Assembly (NCBI GenBank): GCA_900320095.1
Contig: ONQZ01000004.1
Location: forward strand, 4,227 to 68,226
Length of the DNA stretch: 64,000 bases
Direction: 5' to 3'
Source: an uncultured Lentisphaerota bacterium
Lineage (GTDB): Bacteria > Verrucomicrobiota > Lentisphaeria > Victivallales > UBA1829
The number at the start of each line of letters is the position of its first letter. Position 1 is the first letter of the stretch. Shown piece by piece: positions 18,601 to 28,185 of the stretch. The position numbers and the translations under genes are program-made. The notes under the pieces are model-generated. The model was not told the origin of the DNA and made no database searches. It saw only the letters and a program-made list of their open reading frames with translations.

Positions 18601-20802
18601 TCAGTGGGCGTTGATCTGCTTGTAGTCGGCGGCGAACCGTTTCACTTCTTCCTGCGAGATCAGGCCGTCGGCGCAGAGGTCCTCCATGGAACGCTGGAGC
18701 GTGCACATGCCGTCCTTCAGGCTGGTCTCGATCACCGTCTGCAGCTGATGCGTCTTGCCCTCGCGGATGAGCGCCTGCACGGGCGGCGTGCCGATCATGA
18801 TCTCGAACGCGGCGATGCGGCTGGACCCGTCGATGCTCGGGATGAGACGCTGCGAGATCACGGCGAGCAGGGTGCTCGCGAGCTGGAGCCGGATCTGGTT
18901 CTGCTGGTACATCGGGAACGAGTCGACGATGCGGTCGACCGTCTGCGGCGCGCTGTTCGTGTGGATGGTGGCGAAGACGAGGTGTCCGGTCTCGGCGGCC
19001 GTGAGCGCGGCGGAGATCGTCTCGGTGTCGCGCATTTCGCCGACCATGATGACGTCCGGGGCCTCGCGCAGGGCGTATTTGAGGGCGGCGGCGAAACTGT
19101 GCGTATCGGCGTGAAGCTCGCGCTGCTCGATGATCGAATTGATGTTGCGGTGCACGTACTCGATCGGGTCCTCGATCGTGATGATGTGGGCGTTGCGCGT
19201 GCGGTTGATGACGTCGAGGAGCGAGGCGAGCGTGGTGGATTTGCCGCTTCCGGTCGGGCCGGTCATGAGGATGAGCCCCTGGCGTTTTGAGCAGAGCCCA
19301 GACACGACCTCGGGCAGTCCGAGCTGGGCGGGCGTCGGGATCTTCACGTTCACGACGCGGGCGACCATGCCGAGCGTGCCGCGCTGAAAGAACGCGTTCA
19401 CGCGGAACCGCGAGTTCGGGATGTTCAGTTCCTTGCCGAAATCGACGGACAGCGCGAAGTCGAGCTCGCGGTTCTCCTCCAGCTCCACGCGCTGCCGCTG
19501 GTTGATCACGCTGAAGAGCAGCCGCCGGACGTCGTCGTTGTCCAGCACCGGCATGTTCAGCTCGCGCAGTTCGCCGTTGATGCGGAGCGTAGGGCGCACG
19601 CCCGTCGACAGGATGAGGTCGCTCGCCTTCACCTGAAGCGAGGCGAGGAACAGCGTCCGCATGTCGACCACGGTGTCGTCGGTCGCGCCCTCGAGCTTCG
19701 AACCGTAGTAGCTGCGGAACGCGTCGACGCCGCTTTCCATGCCGCGCACGAGCAGGTCGAATTCGTCGCGGTTGTCCGCCGCGAGCCGGGCGTCGTCCAG
19801 CGCGATCTTCCCGGTCTGGTACAGACGGAAGATGGACCGGTTGAACGGGATCATGCCCTGTTCGATGTTGCTGCGGAGCGCGTCGTCCAGCGACCTGTAG
19901 TCGCGCCCGGCGACGAGCTTGCGGACCAGAGCCGTGCCGAGCAGGATCTCGACCGCCGGGATCATGCCGCCGCCCGTGGACGGGATCAGACGCTGCGCGA
20001 CGATGCCGTTCAGCGCCGCCCCGAGGTCGGTCGCGGTCTGTTCGCGCCCGTCCTCCGGGAACATGTTGATGATGCGTTCGACCGCCTGCACCGAGCCGGA
20101 CGTGTGGACCGTGCTGATGACGAGATGCCCGGTGAGCGCGGCGTTGATGGCGACCGCGATGGTCTCCGGGTCGCGCATTTCGCCGATCACGATCACGTCC
20201 GGATTCTCGCGGAGCGCGCTGCGGAGCGCCGAGGAGAACCCGCCCTCGCGGTGCGTGTTGATCTCCCGCTGGGAGACCACGGACTGACGGTCGGAATAGA
20301 CGAATTCGATCGGGTCCTCCAGCGTGAGAATGTGCTTGGGCATGGTGCGGTTGATGTGGTTGATCATGGCGGCGAGCGTGGTGGATTTGCCGCAGCCCGT
20401 GGTGCCCGCCACCAGGATCAGGCCGCGCGGCGCCTCGGCGAGCTTGTCAAGCAGCGCCGGCAGGTTCAGCTCCACGGTCATGATGTCGTCGCCGTTCAGG
20501 ATCGGGCGGATCGCCGCCGAAGGCCCGCCGATGGCGCGGAAGAAGTTCACGCGGATGCGGCTGCCGTCCGGAAGCCGCCACGAGGCGTCGAACGAACCGG
20601 ACTCCGCATACGCCGCCTCGCCCCGTTCGCCGATGACCGTCCGCCGGAACGCGTCCATGGACTCCGCGGAGACCGGGCCGAACGTCCCGAGGGGCGCGAC
20701 CACGCCACGGATGCGTGCATTCGGTTTTTTCCCGGCGGAAAGGAAGAGATCGGAGACGCGTGCTCCGGCGGCAAATTGCAAGATCGGCAGAATCGTATTC
20801 AT
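18601..20802 (-). CDS. Fused tandem type IV pilus retraction-type ATPase (PilU-like N-half + PilT-like C-half)
   Basis: 733 aa from ATG 20802. Two complete ATPase cores: GTTGCGKST / EDPIEF / DVIVIGEMRD / TGHLVISTVHT and GPTGSGKST / EDPIEY / DVIMVGEMRD / TGHLVFATIHT. Only the second half has the PilT-type ..ALIREGK.. motif. Confidence 0.85.
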   Translation of the reverse strand: MNTILPILQFAAGARVSDLFLSAGKKPNARIRGVVAPLGTFGPVSAESMDAFRRTVIGERGEAAYAESGSFDASWRLPDGSRIRVNFFRAIGGPSAAIRPILNGDDIMTVELNLPALLDKLAEAPRGLILVAGTTGCGKSTTLAAMINHINRTMPKHILTLEDPIEFVYSDRQSVVSQREINTHREGGFSSALRSALRENPDVIVIGEMRDPETIAVAINAALTGHLVISTVHTSGSVQAVERIINMFPEDGREQTATDLGAALNGIVAQRLIPSTGGGMIPAVEILLGTALVRKLVAGRDYRSLDDALRSNIEQGMIPFNRSIFRLYQTGKIALDDARLAADNRDEFDLLVRGMESGVDAFRSYYGSKLEGATDDTVVDMRTLFLASLQVKASDLILSTGVRPTLRINGELRELNMPVLDNDDVRRLLFSVINQRQRVELEENRELDFALSVDFGKELNIPNSRFRVNAFFQRGTLGMVARVVNVKIPTPAQLGLPEVVSGLCSKRQGLILMTGPTGSGKSTTLASLLDVINRTRNAHIITIEDPIEYVHRNINSIIEQRELHADTHSFAAALKYALREAPDVIMVGEMRDTETISAALTAAETGHLVFATIHTNSAPQTVDRIVDSFPMYQQNQIRLQLASTLLAVISQRLIPSIDGSSRIAAFEIMIGTPPVQALIREGKTHQLQTVIETSLKDGMCTLQRSMEDLCADGLISQEEVKRFAADYKQINAH

Positions 20803-20950
20803 CGTGAAAGCCTTCCGTGAGGTTGTTGTTTTCGCATTAAAATATCCGTGAAACTGTGATTTGTCAAGTCCCATAGAAAAGAAAACGCACGCGAAAAGCG
20901 CCGAAACCGTAAAAAAACACGGAAAAACGCGGAAAAAAGGGAAAAGCGCT

Positions 20951-20978
20951 TTGATGAATTCAAATCTTGTGCTATATT
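20951..20978 (+). promoter_or_regulatory. Sigma70-type promoter (extended -10) upstream of argH
   Basis: TTGATG (20951-20956), 16-nt spacer, TGC-TATATT (-10 at 20973-20978). Confidence 0.5.
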
Positions 20979-21035
20979 GTTAAGAATCGAAATTTTCAAC
21001 CCGAAACTTTTTTGCACGATATCACGAGGTGCGGC

Positions 21036-22415
21036 ATGGCTCTCTGGGGCGGCAGATTCGCCGAACAAACGCAACGCAGCGTCCAGGACTTCACCCAGTC
21101 CATTTCCTACGATAAACGCCTTTACAAACACGACATCGCCGGCAGCATGGCGCACGCCGCCATGCTCGGCGCCGCCGGGATCATCCCGAAGGAATCCGCC
21201 GACGCCATCTGCCGCAAGCTCGCCGTCCTGAAACACAGGATCGCCGAAGGCAGGATGGAGTTCAAGGTCGAGCTCGAAGACATCCACATGCACATTGAGA
21301 CCGCGCTGACCGAAGCGCTCGGCCCCGAGGGCGCGCGTGTTCACACCGCCCGCAGCCGCAACGACCAGATTGCGCTCGACATCCGCCTGTATCTGCGCGA
21401 CGAAATCGACGACCTGATGAAGGAGATTCGCACGCTCCAGACCGCGCTGGTGAAGAAGGCCGACGAGCACAAACGCACCATCATGCCCGGCTTCACCCAC
21501 ATGCAGCACGCACAGCCCGTTCTGCTGGCGCATCACCTGCTCGCCTACGTCGAAATGCTCGCACGCGACACCGAACGCCTCGCCGACGCACGCAAACGCA
21601 TCAACGTGATGCCGCTCGGTTCGGGCGCGATCGCCGGGACCACGCTCCCCATCGACCGCGAATTCGTGCGCAAACGCCTGAAATTCCCGAAGATGACGCG
21701 GAACAGCATGGACGCCGTCGCCGACCGCGATTTCGCCTGCGAACTGCTCGCCGCGCTCTCCATCTTCGCCATGCACATCTCCCGCCTCTCCGAGGACCTG
21801 ATCCTCTGGATGTCGCAGGAATTCTCCTTCGTCACGTTCGGCGACGCCTTCTGCACGGGCTCCAGCCTCATGCCGCAGAAGAAAAACCCCGACATCGCCG
21901 AGCTCTCCCGCGGCAAGACCGGCCGCATCTACGGCGACCTCACCGCCCTCCTCACCATCTGCAAGGGCCTCCCTCTGACCTACAACCGCGACCTGCAGGA
22001 GGACAAGGAGCCGCTCTTCGACGCCATCGACACCGTCCACGCCATCCTCAGCGTCTACCCCTCCATGATCGACTCCATGAAGGTCAACAAGGACGCGATG
22101 CTGAAGGCGGCGTCCGACCCCGGGCTCATGGCCACCGACCTCGCCGAAGCGCTCGTCCGCAAAGGCGTCCCGTTCCGTTTCGCCCATCACAAGGTCGGCG
22201 CGCTCGTCAAGTTCGCCGCCGATCACAACAAGCTCCTGAACGAACTCACACTGAGGGAGATGAAGAGCGTGTTCCCGGAGGCCGACGCCTCCATGCTGAA
22301 ACTCTTCGCCCCGGCCCATGCCGTTGAGGGACGCGACGTCTACGGCGCGACCGGCTTCAAACAGGTCGCATCCCAGGTCGATTTCTGGAAAAAGGAGCTT
22401 CGGATCCCGTCATGA
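21036..22415 (+). CDS. argH: Argininosuccinate lyase
   Basis: Starts MALWGGRF. Fumarate-lyase signature GSSLMPQKKNPD. About 459 aa. Confidence 0.95.
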   Translation: MALWGGRFAEQTQRSVQDFTQSISYDKRLYKHDIAGSMAHAAMLGAAGIIPKESADAICRKLAVLKHRIAEGRMEFKVELEDIHMHIETALTEALGPEGARVHTARSRNDQIALDIRLYLRDEIDDLMKEIRTLQTALVKKADEHKRTIMPGFTHMQHAQPVLLAHHLLAYVEMLARDTERLADARKRINVMPLGSGAIAGTTLPIDREFVRKRLKFPKMTRNSMDAVADRDFACELLAALSIFAMHISRLSEDLILWMSQEFSFVTFGDAFCTGSSLMPQKKNPDIAELSRGKTGRIYGDLTALLTICKGLPLTYNRDLQEDKEPLFDAIDTVHAILSVYPSMIDSMKVNKDAMLKAASDPGLMATDLAEALVRKGVPFRFAHHKVGALVKFAADHNKLLNELTLREMKSVFPEADASMLKLFAPAHAVEGRDVYGATGFKQVASQVDFWKKELRIPS

Positions 22416-23098
22416 CGCGTTTCCGCCGGACACTTCTCACCGGCGCGGCCGCCGGATTCCTCTGCCTCTGCGGCGCTCTGTCCGCCGGGGCGCAGGACGT
22501 CTTTCTGCGTCCCGCCATGGAGGAGTTCGTCGACAAGGACACGCGCCTGGTGTTCCCCGCCCAGGTCGACACGTTCCAGAAGGTCCGCGTCCGCAAGAAC
22601 GAGAATCCGGTGTTCGGCACGGTCGTCCGCTACGAAAACGAGCTGGGATCCTGCGCCGACGTGTACATCTATTCGCTGGATACCGCCGCGAAACCGGTTC
22701 CGCAGGAAACGTTCGAAAAGCATTGCAGGGAGACCGACCAGGGCATCCTGGACCTCTCCAAGCAGAACCCGAAGATCAAGGTCGAGCATCTTGACGCCGC
22801 CGGACGGAAGGCGCCTGAGGGCGGATTCGAGGCGTACTACCGTATTCAGAACGGCTCCACGCAGATGGATTCCGTGCTCTATCTCGCGCTGTACAAGGGC
22901 AAACTCATCAAGGTCCGCATCTCCTATTCGCCCGAGGACAGCGAGGAACCGGCCCACGCCGCGCTTTTCATCGACGCCGTCGCCGCCATGCTGAACAAGG
23001 AAAAGGCTACGGCCGAAAAGAAGCCGGAATCTCCGCCGCGGCAGGACAAACCGGAAAACAACGCCGACACTGCCCCGAAAGCCGCGGCGCAGGCCTGA
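22412..23098 (+). CDS. Secreted protein of unknown function
   Basis: 228 aa. ATGA overlap with the argH stop. Signal-peptide-like N-terminus (RRTLLTGAAAGFLCLCGALSAGAQD). Pro/Lys/Ala-rich tail. Confidence 0.6.
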   Translation: MTRFRRTLLTGAAAGFLCLCGALSAGAQDVFLRPAMEEFVDKDTRLVFPAQVDTFQKVRVRKNENPVFGTVVRYENELGSCADVYIYSLDTAAKPVPQETFEKHCRETDQGILDLSKQNPKIKVEHLDAAGRKAPEGGFEAYYRIQNGSTQMDSVLYLALYKGKLIKVRISYSPEDSEEPAHAALFIDAVAAMLNKEKATAEKKPESPPRQDKPENNADTAPKAAAQA

Positions 23099-23219
23099 GT
23101 TTTTGAATTGATCTCTTTTACGGGGGATGGTTTTATGTTCCCCTGTATGAAGATAACATATTGTTTTTGACTGACTTGCTTCTTTTTTTCAAAAAACGTT
23201 GGTTTCTGTTTTATCAGGC

Positions 23220-23247
23220 TTGAAAAAAGAAAAAGGCATGCTAATTT
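23220..23247 (+). promoter_or_regulatory. Candidate sigma70-type promoter upstream of AAA ATPase gene
   Basis: TTGAAA (23220-23225), 16-nt spacer, TGC-TAATTT (23242-23247). Confidence 0.4.
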
Positions 23248-23277
23248 AAACGCAGTGTTTAAATTGGAGGACATCTT

Positions 23278-24510
23278 ATGTATATCCGAAGACAACTGGA
23301 CATAGCGTTCCTTGAGGCGAATCAGTTCTTTCCCGTCCTGTTGCTGACCGGAGCCAGACAGGTTGGAAAAACGACATTCCTTTCGAAAATCGCGGAACCG
23401 AACAGAAAATTCGTCTCGCTTGATCCGCTGGATGTCAGAACCAAGGCGAAGGACGATCCGCGCCTGTTCCTGGCGGACAACCCGCCGCCGGTCATTATTG
23501 ACGAAATCCAATATGCGCCGGAACTCCTTCCATACATCAAAGCGAATGTCGATCAGATGCGCAGAGACGATCCGGATAACGCACATGGCATGTACTGGCT
23601 GACCGGATCTCAGAAATTCGAGCTGATGGATGGTGTTTCGGAGTCCCTTTCCGGACGCATTGGCATTTTCAACATGCACCCGCTTTCCAACCGTGAACTC
23701 AATGGAACTGTTTCGGAACCTTTCCGGCCCGATCGTTTCTCTTCGGGAAAACACCTTTTGGCTCCGGCGGAGTTGTTTCACAGGATTTGGCTGGGTGCAT
23801 ACCCCGGATTGGTCTGTTCACGTACGCCGGATAAAAATTGGACTGTATTCTATCAGTCCTACGTCCAGACATATCTGGAACGGGATGTCCGCAAGCTGGC
23901 ACAAGTTGCCGACCTCAATGTTTTCTACTCGTTTCTGAAAGCCGCGGCTGCCCGTTCCGGACAGATGCTGAACTATTCCGACCTTGCACGCGATTCCGGC
24001 ATCAGCGTTCCCACGGCAAAAAAATACATGAGTCTTCTGGAGACATCGGGCATTGTGAAACTGCTGTATCCTTTCAGCAGAAACCAGTCTGCTCCTATGG
24101 TCTCCACTCCGAAAATGTATTTTCTGGATACCGGTCTGATGGCTTTCCTGACGGAATGGACGAATCCAAACGTGCTGCAATCCGGAGCGGCCGCCGGACA
24201 TTTCTTCGAGACGTGGTGCGTCGCGGAAATCCTGAAAAGTTATTCCATTGCGGGAGTTGAGGCTCCGGTCTACTATTTCAGGACGAAAGAACGCACACCG
24301 TCCGAAATAGATGTCCTGATCGTCGACAGCGGTACACTGTATCCTGTTGAAATCAAGAAATGCGCCAGGCTGGACAGGAACGACGTCAAACAGTTTTCCA
24401 AACTTGACAAGTTCAAAATGCCGGTTGGTACGGGCGGACTGGTCTGTTTATATCCGGAAGTCACCCATGTCAACGAAAATGTCCTGGTCATCCCTGCACC
24501 GCTGATTTGA
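23278..24510 (+). CDS. AAA+ ATPase with C-terminal DUF4143-like domain
   Basis: 410 aa. Walker A LLLTGARQVGKTTFL and Walker B-like PPVIIDEIQY. Architecture typical of the AAA_14 + DUF4143 family. Visibly lower GC than its neighbours. Confidence 0.8.
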   Translation: MYIRRQLDIAFLEANQFFPVLLLTGARQVGKTTFLSKIAEPNRKFVSLDPLDVRTKAKDDPRLFLADNPPPVIIDEIQYAPELLPYIKANVDQMRRDDPDNAHGMYWLTGSQKFELMDGVSESLSGRIGIFNMHPLSNRELNGTVSEPFRPDRFSSGKHLLAPAELFHRIWLGAYPGLVCSRTPDKNWTVFYQSYVQTYLERDVRKLAQVADLNVFYSFLKAAAARSGQMLNYSDLARDSGISVPTAKKYMSLLETSGIVKLLYPFSRNQSAPMVSTPKMYFLDTGLMAFLTEWTNPNVLQSGAAAGHFFETWCVAEILKSYSIAGVEAPVYYFRTKERTPSEIDVLIVDSGTLYPVEIKKCARLDRNDVKQFSKLDKFKMPVGTGGLVCLYPEVTHVNENVLVIPAPLI

Positions 24511-24546
24511 CATCACTTTTTTTCCTGCAATTTCAAGGCCGCCGCT

Positions 24547-24966
24547 ATGTCCGAAGCAAAACCTTTCACCATTCCCGAGGAAGAGTTCGAGGAGGAATAT
24601 GTCCGTCCTTCGAGCGGGCCCGGCGGACAGCACCAGAACAAGACCGAAAACGGCGTCCGCCTGCAATGGAACGTCGCGGCGACCGCCGTCCTGACCGATG
24701 CCCAGAAGGAACGCCTCCGCGTCCTCGCCGCGCCGTACATGCAGGGCGATCTCCTCGTCGTCATGGAGCGTTCCAGCCGCAGTCTCGCCAGGAACCGCGA
24801 ACGCGCCCGCGAACGCATCCGCGAGCTCGCACTGGCATCCCGTCCGGAACCCCGCAAACGCTGTCCGACGAAGCCGACCAAAGCCTCGAAGGAACGCCGT
24901 CTGAAGGAAAAAGCCGTCCGCAGCCGCATCAAGGCGCTTCGTTCCGGACGCGATCCCGGAGACTGA
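24547..24966 (+). CDS. arfB: Alternative ribosome-rescue factor ArfB (peptidyl-tRNA hydrolase, RF-1 domain)
   Basis: 139 aa. GGQ motif in SSGPGGQHQNKTENGV, and the basic C-terminal tail typical of ArfB/YaeJ. Confidence 0.85.
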   Translation: MSEAKPFTIPEEEFEEEYVRPSSGPGGQHQNKTENGVRLQWNVAATAVLTDAQKERLRVLAAPYMQGDLLVVMERSSRSLARNRERARERIRELALASRPEPRKRCPTKPTKASKERRLKEKAVRSRIKALRSGRDPGD

Positions 24967-24992
24967 TCCCGCCCTCGTCCCAGGCACAAAAA

Positions 24993-25022
24993 ACGGAGCG
25001 ATGAAACCGATCACCGCTCCGT
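24993..25022. terminator. Bidirectional hairpin terminator between convergent arfB and GT2 genes
   Basis: ACGGAGCG (24993-25000) pairs with CGCTCCGT (25015-25022). Flanked by an A-run upstream and an A-rich sequence (TAAAACA, T-rich on the minus strand) downstream. Confidence 0.6.
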
Positions 25023-25048
25023 AAAACATCTATTCTCTTCCGTCCGGC

Positions 25049-26257
25049 TTATACCTTCGGCAGTTTCTGCACGAACCGGAACTGCACTCTCTGCGGCGAA
25101 GACGTGATCTCCTGTTTGATCGTCGACGACACCGGGGACGGATGCCCCAGACGCGCCGTCGCGCGCGCCGGCGAACGCAGCACCTGCGAGCTGCGCGGCG
25201 ACATCTTCCGCATTTTCGCCTGGGCCACGGCGAGGTCGGACTGAAGCTTCGCGATTGTCCTCTGGTCCGCCTTGTACTGGTCGATCAGGTCGGAAACCAT
25301 CGACAGACGGCTTTCGCACGGGTATTTGAACATGCCGGTCTCGCTCAGAAAATCGAAAATGATGTCGCCGCCCCAGGATTCGATCGCGATGGAGATGATC
25401 TCGCGCGTCAGATTCGGGATCGTCAGCAGTTTGTTCACCATGTCCCGGCTGAGGGTGCTGCGGATCGCGTCCAGCACGGAAACATTCGTGTCGTATGCAT
25501 TGTTATCGCGCAGGAACTTCTCCATCAGCGGCAGCGTCCTGCTGACGGCGCACAGGTCCCGGAACTGTTTCCCGTCCGGAGTCTTCGTTGACACGCCCCC
25601 GCCGAAATGATACCGGTAGCACGGCTTCGTGATCACGCTCCGGTACGACTCCGCGAAGAACAGGATGAAAAAGGACAGATACATGTCCGTGTAGTGATGA
25701 AGCTGGATGTCAGGCATCGCGCTGACCGCCTTCTTGCAGATTTCGGCGCGGTAGATCTTGTTCCACAGGTTGTGCATGAGCCGGTGGTTCACGAAGCAGT
25801 CGTACAGGATGTTCGTCCCGTGCGACTCCATCTCGCGCACACGGAAGATGCGGACGAACTTCTCAATGGCGTCCGAATCCTTCTTCTCCGCCTCGAAATC
25901 GACCAGAAATTGCGCAATATCGCATTTGTTCTCCTGGATCAGCCGCACTGCCGTCTCGCACGCGCCCGGCAGAAGCATGTCGTCCGCATCGGCGAACATG
26001 ATGTATTCGCCCCGGGCGTCCAGAAGCGCTAGTTTCCGGGCCAGGACAGTCCCCAGACGACGCTCAAACGAGGTGGCATGGACGCGCGGCTCGTGATCGA
26101 CATAGTATTGCAGGATGTCGGCGGATGAATCGGAGGATGCGTCGTCGACGCAGATGATCTCCAGATCTTTGAACGACTGGGACAGGATGGAGTCGATGCA
26201 CCGTCTCAGGGACGGTTCCTCGTTGTGGACGGGGATGATGATGGAAAGTTTCGGCAT
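25049..26257 (-). CDS. Family 2 glycosyltransferase with long C-terminal extension
   Basis: LSIIIPVHNEEPSLRRCIDSILSQSF..ICVDDASSD and the DxD-like FADADD. Start set at MPKLSIIIP (26257); in-frame upstream ATGs at 26371/26362 are possible. Confidence 0.8.
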   Translation of the reverse strand: MPKLSIIIPVHNEEPSLRRCIDSILSQSFKDLEIICVDDASSDSSADILQYYVDHEPRVHATSFERRLGTVLARKLALLDARGEYIMFADADDMLLPGACETAVRLIQENKCDIAQFLVDFEAEKKDSDAIEKFVRIFRVREMESHGTNILYDCFVNHRLMHNLWNKIYRAEICKKAVSAMPDIQLHHYTDMYLSFFILFFAESYRSVITKPCYRYHFGGGVSTKTPDGKQFRDLCAVSRTLPLMEKFLRDNNAYDTNVSVLDAIRSTLSRDMVNKLLTIPNLTREIISIAIESWGGDIIFDFLSETGMFKYPCESRLSMVSDLIDQYKADQRTIAKLQSDLAVAQAKMRKMSPRSSQVLRSPARATARLGHPSPVSSTIKQEITSSPQRVQFRFVQKLPKV

Positions 26258-26528
26258 GGCTTTGACTTTCTGGAGCGAACGTGTCTTCGATGGATCTGAA
26301 GATACGGATTCCCAGGAAGACTTGCACAGGAACCCGGACCGCCTGACCTGAAATATGGCCATGCAGAACATATAACGTGCGGAACTGTTCTGAAATTGTC
26401 TCCCGATATTATTTTTTTTAAACTTTTTTTGACGCTTAATAGTTCAACTGAACAATAATTAAAAATATTCATCATACACACATGTCTTTTTACACACTGC
26501 GCTCCCGTTCGAACAAAAGTCCTTTACC

Positions 26529-26563
26529 AAAAAAAAGACGTCCGGCTCGCATGGAGTCGGACG
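26529..26563 (-). terminator. Rho-independent terminator of lipoprotein gene
   Basis: On the minus strand: CGTCCG-N13-CGGACG stem-loop (26539-26563) followed by TC + T8 (26529-26538). Confidence 0.7.
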
Positions 26564-26611
26564 CCGTGAATCGGGTTGACGGCTCGGAGAACGGCTCTCC
26601 CGTTCCCCTTT

Positions 26612-26656
26612 GTGCCCGGGCGCGCCCGGGCACTGCCGGTAGGGGGCTATGCCTCC
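26612..26656 (+). repeat. Double-hairpin (REP/BIME-like) unit, locus 3
   Basis: GTGCCCGGGCGCGCCCGGGCAC (26612-26633), linker tgccggtag, imperfect palindrome GGGGGCTATGCCTCC (26643-26656). It ends exactly at the stop-codon complement (tca 26657-26659) of the lipoprotein gene. Confidence 0.8.
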
Positions 26657-27286
26657 TCAGTCTTCCCAGAACCAGATGAAGTGGATGCGTCCCGGATTGT
26701 CGTCGCCGATCGGGGTTCTGTGCGTCCTGAACGGGATGAAGCAGACGACCCAGTCGTTGACAGCGGATTCCGCACGCGCGCCGTCCACGATCTGGACCGG
26801 TTCGTTTGTCTTCGCGTCGATGATGTTGAAGAAGAAGCGGCCCCAGGCGGTACGGTGGAGACGCATGAGGATCGGAATTTCAGGGATCACGATGGAGAGG
26901 TTGGCCCACGGGATCGGGATCGGGAGGGACGGGATGCCGAGGAGGAACTTGTCCATGTCGGTGGCGAGCACGCTGCTGGTCGCCTTGAAGACGTAGTCGG
27001 CGTCGGCGGCATCCTTCACCACGATGGTGCCGAAGCGGGCGAGATGCAGCTCGATGTAGGCCATGAGGAATTCCTTGTCGACCTGCGGAGCCAGGTTCGA
27101 ATAGTCCATGAGGACCTTCTTGCCCGCGTAGGACTCGAAGTCGATGGACGAGATGCCGCGTTCCACGACGGTGCTGAGCAGCATTTCTTCCACGGAGTTG
27201 CGCGCGGTATTGGTGATGGACGGAGTGGAGCATGCCGTGCAGATAAGAGCCGCGGCCGCCGCGAAGAGAAGGAACAAGTGTTTCAT
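26657..27286 (-). CDS. Putative lipoprotein of unknown function
   Basis: Start chosen at MKHLFLLFAAAAALICTACS (signal/lipobox-like); the track ORF extends 54 codons further upstream. 209 aa. Confidence 0.6.
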   Translation of the reverse strand: MKHLFLLFAAAAALICTACSTPSITNTARNSVEEMLLSTVVERGISSIDFESYAGKKVLMDYSNLAPQVDKEFLMAYIELHLARFGTIVVKDAADADYVFKATSSVLATDMDKFLLGIPSLPIPIPWANLSIVIPEIPILMRLHRTAWGRFFFNIIDAKTNEPVQIVDGARAESAVNDWVVCFIPFRTHRTPIGDDNPGRIHFIWFWED

Positions 27287-27493
27287 ACTCGGTCTTTCCG
27301 GAATGCTTTCCGGCATTCCTGTGTTGTTGATATGTTGTTGATGTGTAGGATGCCTGTATAGAACAAAGCCCGCTGGCAGGATGCTGTCGGCAGTCGTATT
27401 GATTACTATAGCATATTTTTCTCTTAAAACAAACGCGAAATACGACAAAACGGAAAGAAATCGGAAAAAAAATCAAAAAAGCCCGTATCCGGG

Positions 27494-27522
27494 TTGAAAT
27501 AACGGCGAAAGCATGCTATATT
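27494..27522 (+). promoter_or_regulatory. Sigma70-type promoter (extended -10) of rpmH-rnpA-yidD-yidC-jag cluster
   Basis: TTGAAA (27494-27499), 17-nt spacer, TGC-TATATT (-10 at 27517-27522). Confidence 0.6.
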
Positions 27523-27628
27523 AGAAGGATTACACCATATACAAAACGAACGAAAAACAACAAGCTGCAACCCCTCAGAGAGGAACAGCCGGAGCGCCTT
27601 TGCGCGGCTCCGGGAACAAGGTGAAACT

Positions 27629-27766
27629 ATGAAAAGAACGTATCAGCCTTCCGTCATCAAACGCGCCCGCAAATATGGATTCCGTGCCAGAATGGCCACC
27701 AAGGGCGGCCGCCAGGTCCTTGCCAGAAGAAGAGCGAAAGGGCGTAAACGCCTGACCGTTATCTGA
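27629..27766 (+). CDS. rpmH: 50S ribosomal protein L34
   Basis: 45 aa, [45 protein letters not shown]. Not in the ORF track because it is under 60 aa. Confidence 0.95.
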   Translation: MKRTYQPSVIKRARKYGFRARMATKGGRQVLARRRAKGRKRLTVI

Positions 27767-27780
27767 GAAAGGAATACGCC

Positions 27781-28185
27781 GTGGAAATTGGGCGCAGCAG
27801 CCTGAGGAAACAGGAAAAGCTCCGCACCCGAAAGGATTTCGATGCGCTCAAGGAACACGGGAAAGCCTGCCGGGACCCGTTCTTCACGGTCCTGGTTCGG
27901 GCGGCGGAGCCGGACGATCCGGTTCAGAACCTCAGGTACGGCATCATCTGCAGCCGGAAACTGCATCATTCGGCGGTCGTGCGCAACCGCGCGAGACGCC
28001 TGATCACAGAGACCTTCCGGCTGTGCAAGGAGAGCATCCTGCCATGCGGCATCCTGGTCATTCCGCGTCGCGCCATCTTCGGCGCAAAACAGCAGGAAGT
28101 GCAGGAGCATCTGCTCCGGACACTGAAAAAAGCCGGACTGATCCGGGAAAAGCAAACAGCGGACACCCCGTCCGCGAACTCGTGA
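27781..28185 (+). CDS. rnpA: Ribonuclease P protein component
   Basis: 134-aa basic protein right after rpm[15 protein letters not shown] motif region. GTG start. Confidence 0.85.
   Translation: MEIGRSSLRKQEKLRTRKDFDALKEHGKACRDPFFTVLVRAAEPDDPVQNLRYGIICSRKLHHSAVVRNRARRLITETFRLCKESILPCGILVIPRRAIFGAKQQEVQEHLLRTLKKAGLIREKQTADTPSANS

Noticed and set aside
26482-26679. 65-aa plus-strand ORF
   Set aside because: It is a translation of the terminator and repeat unit downstream of the lipoprotein gene. No RBS.
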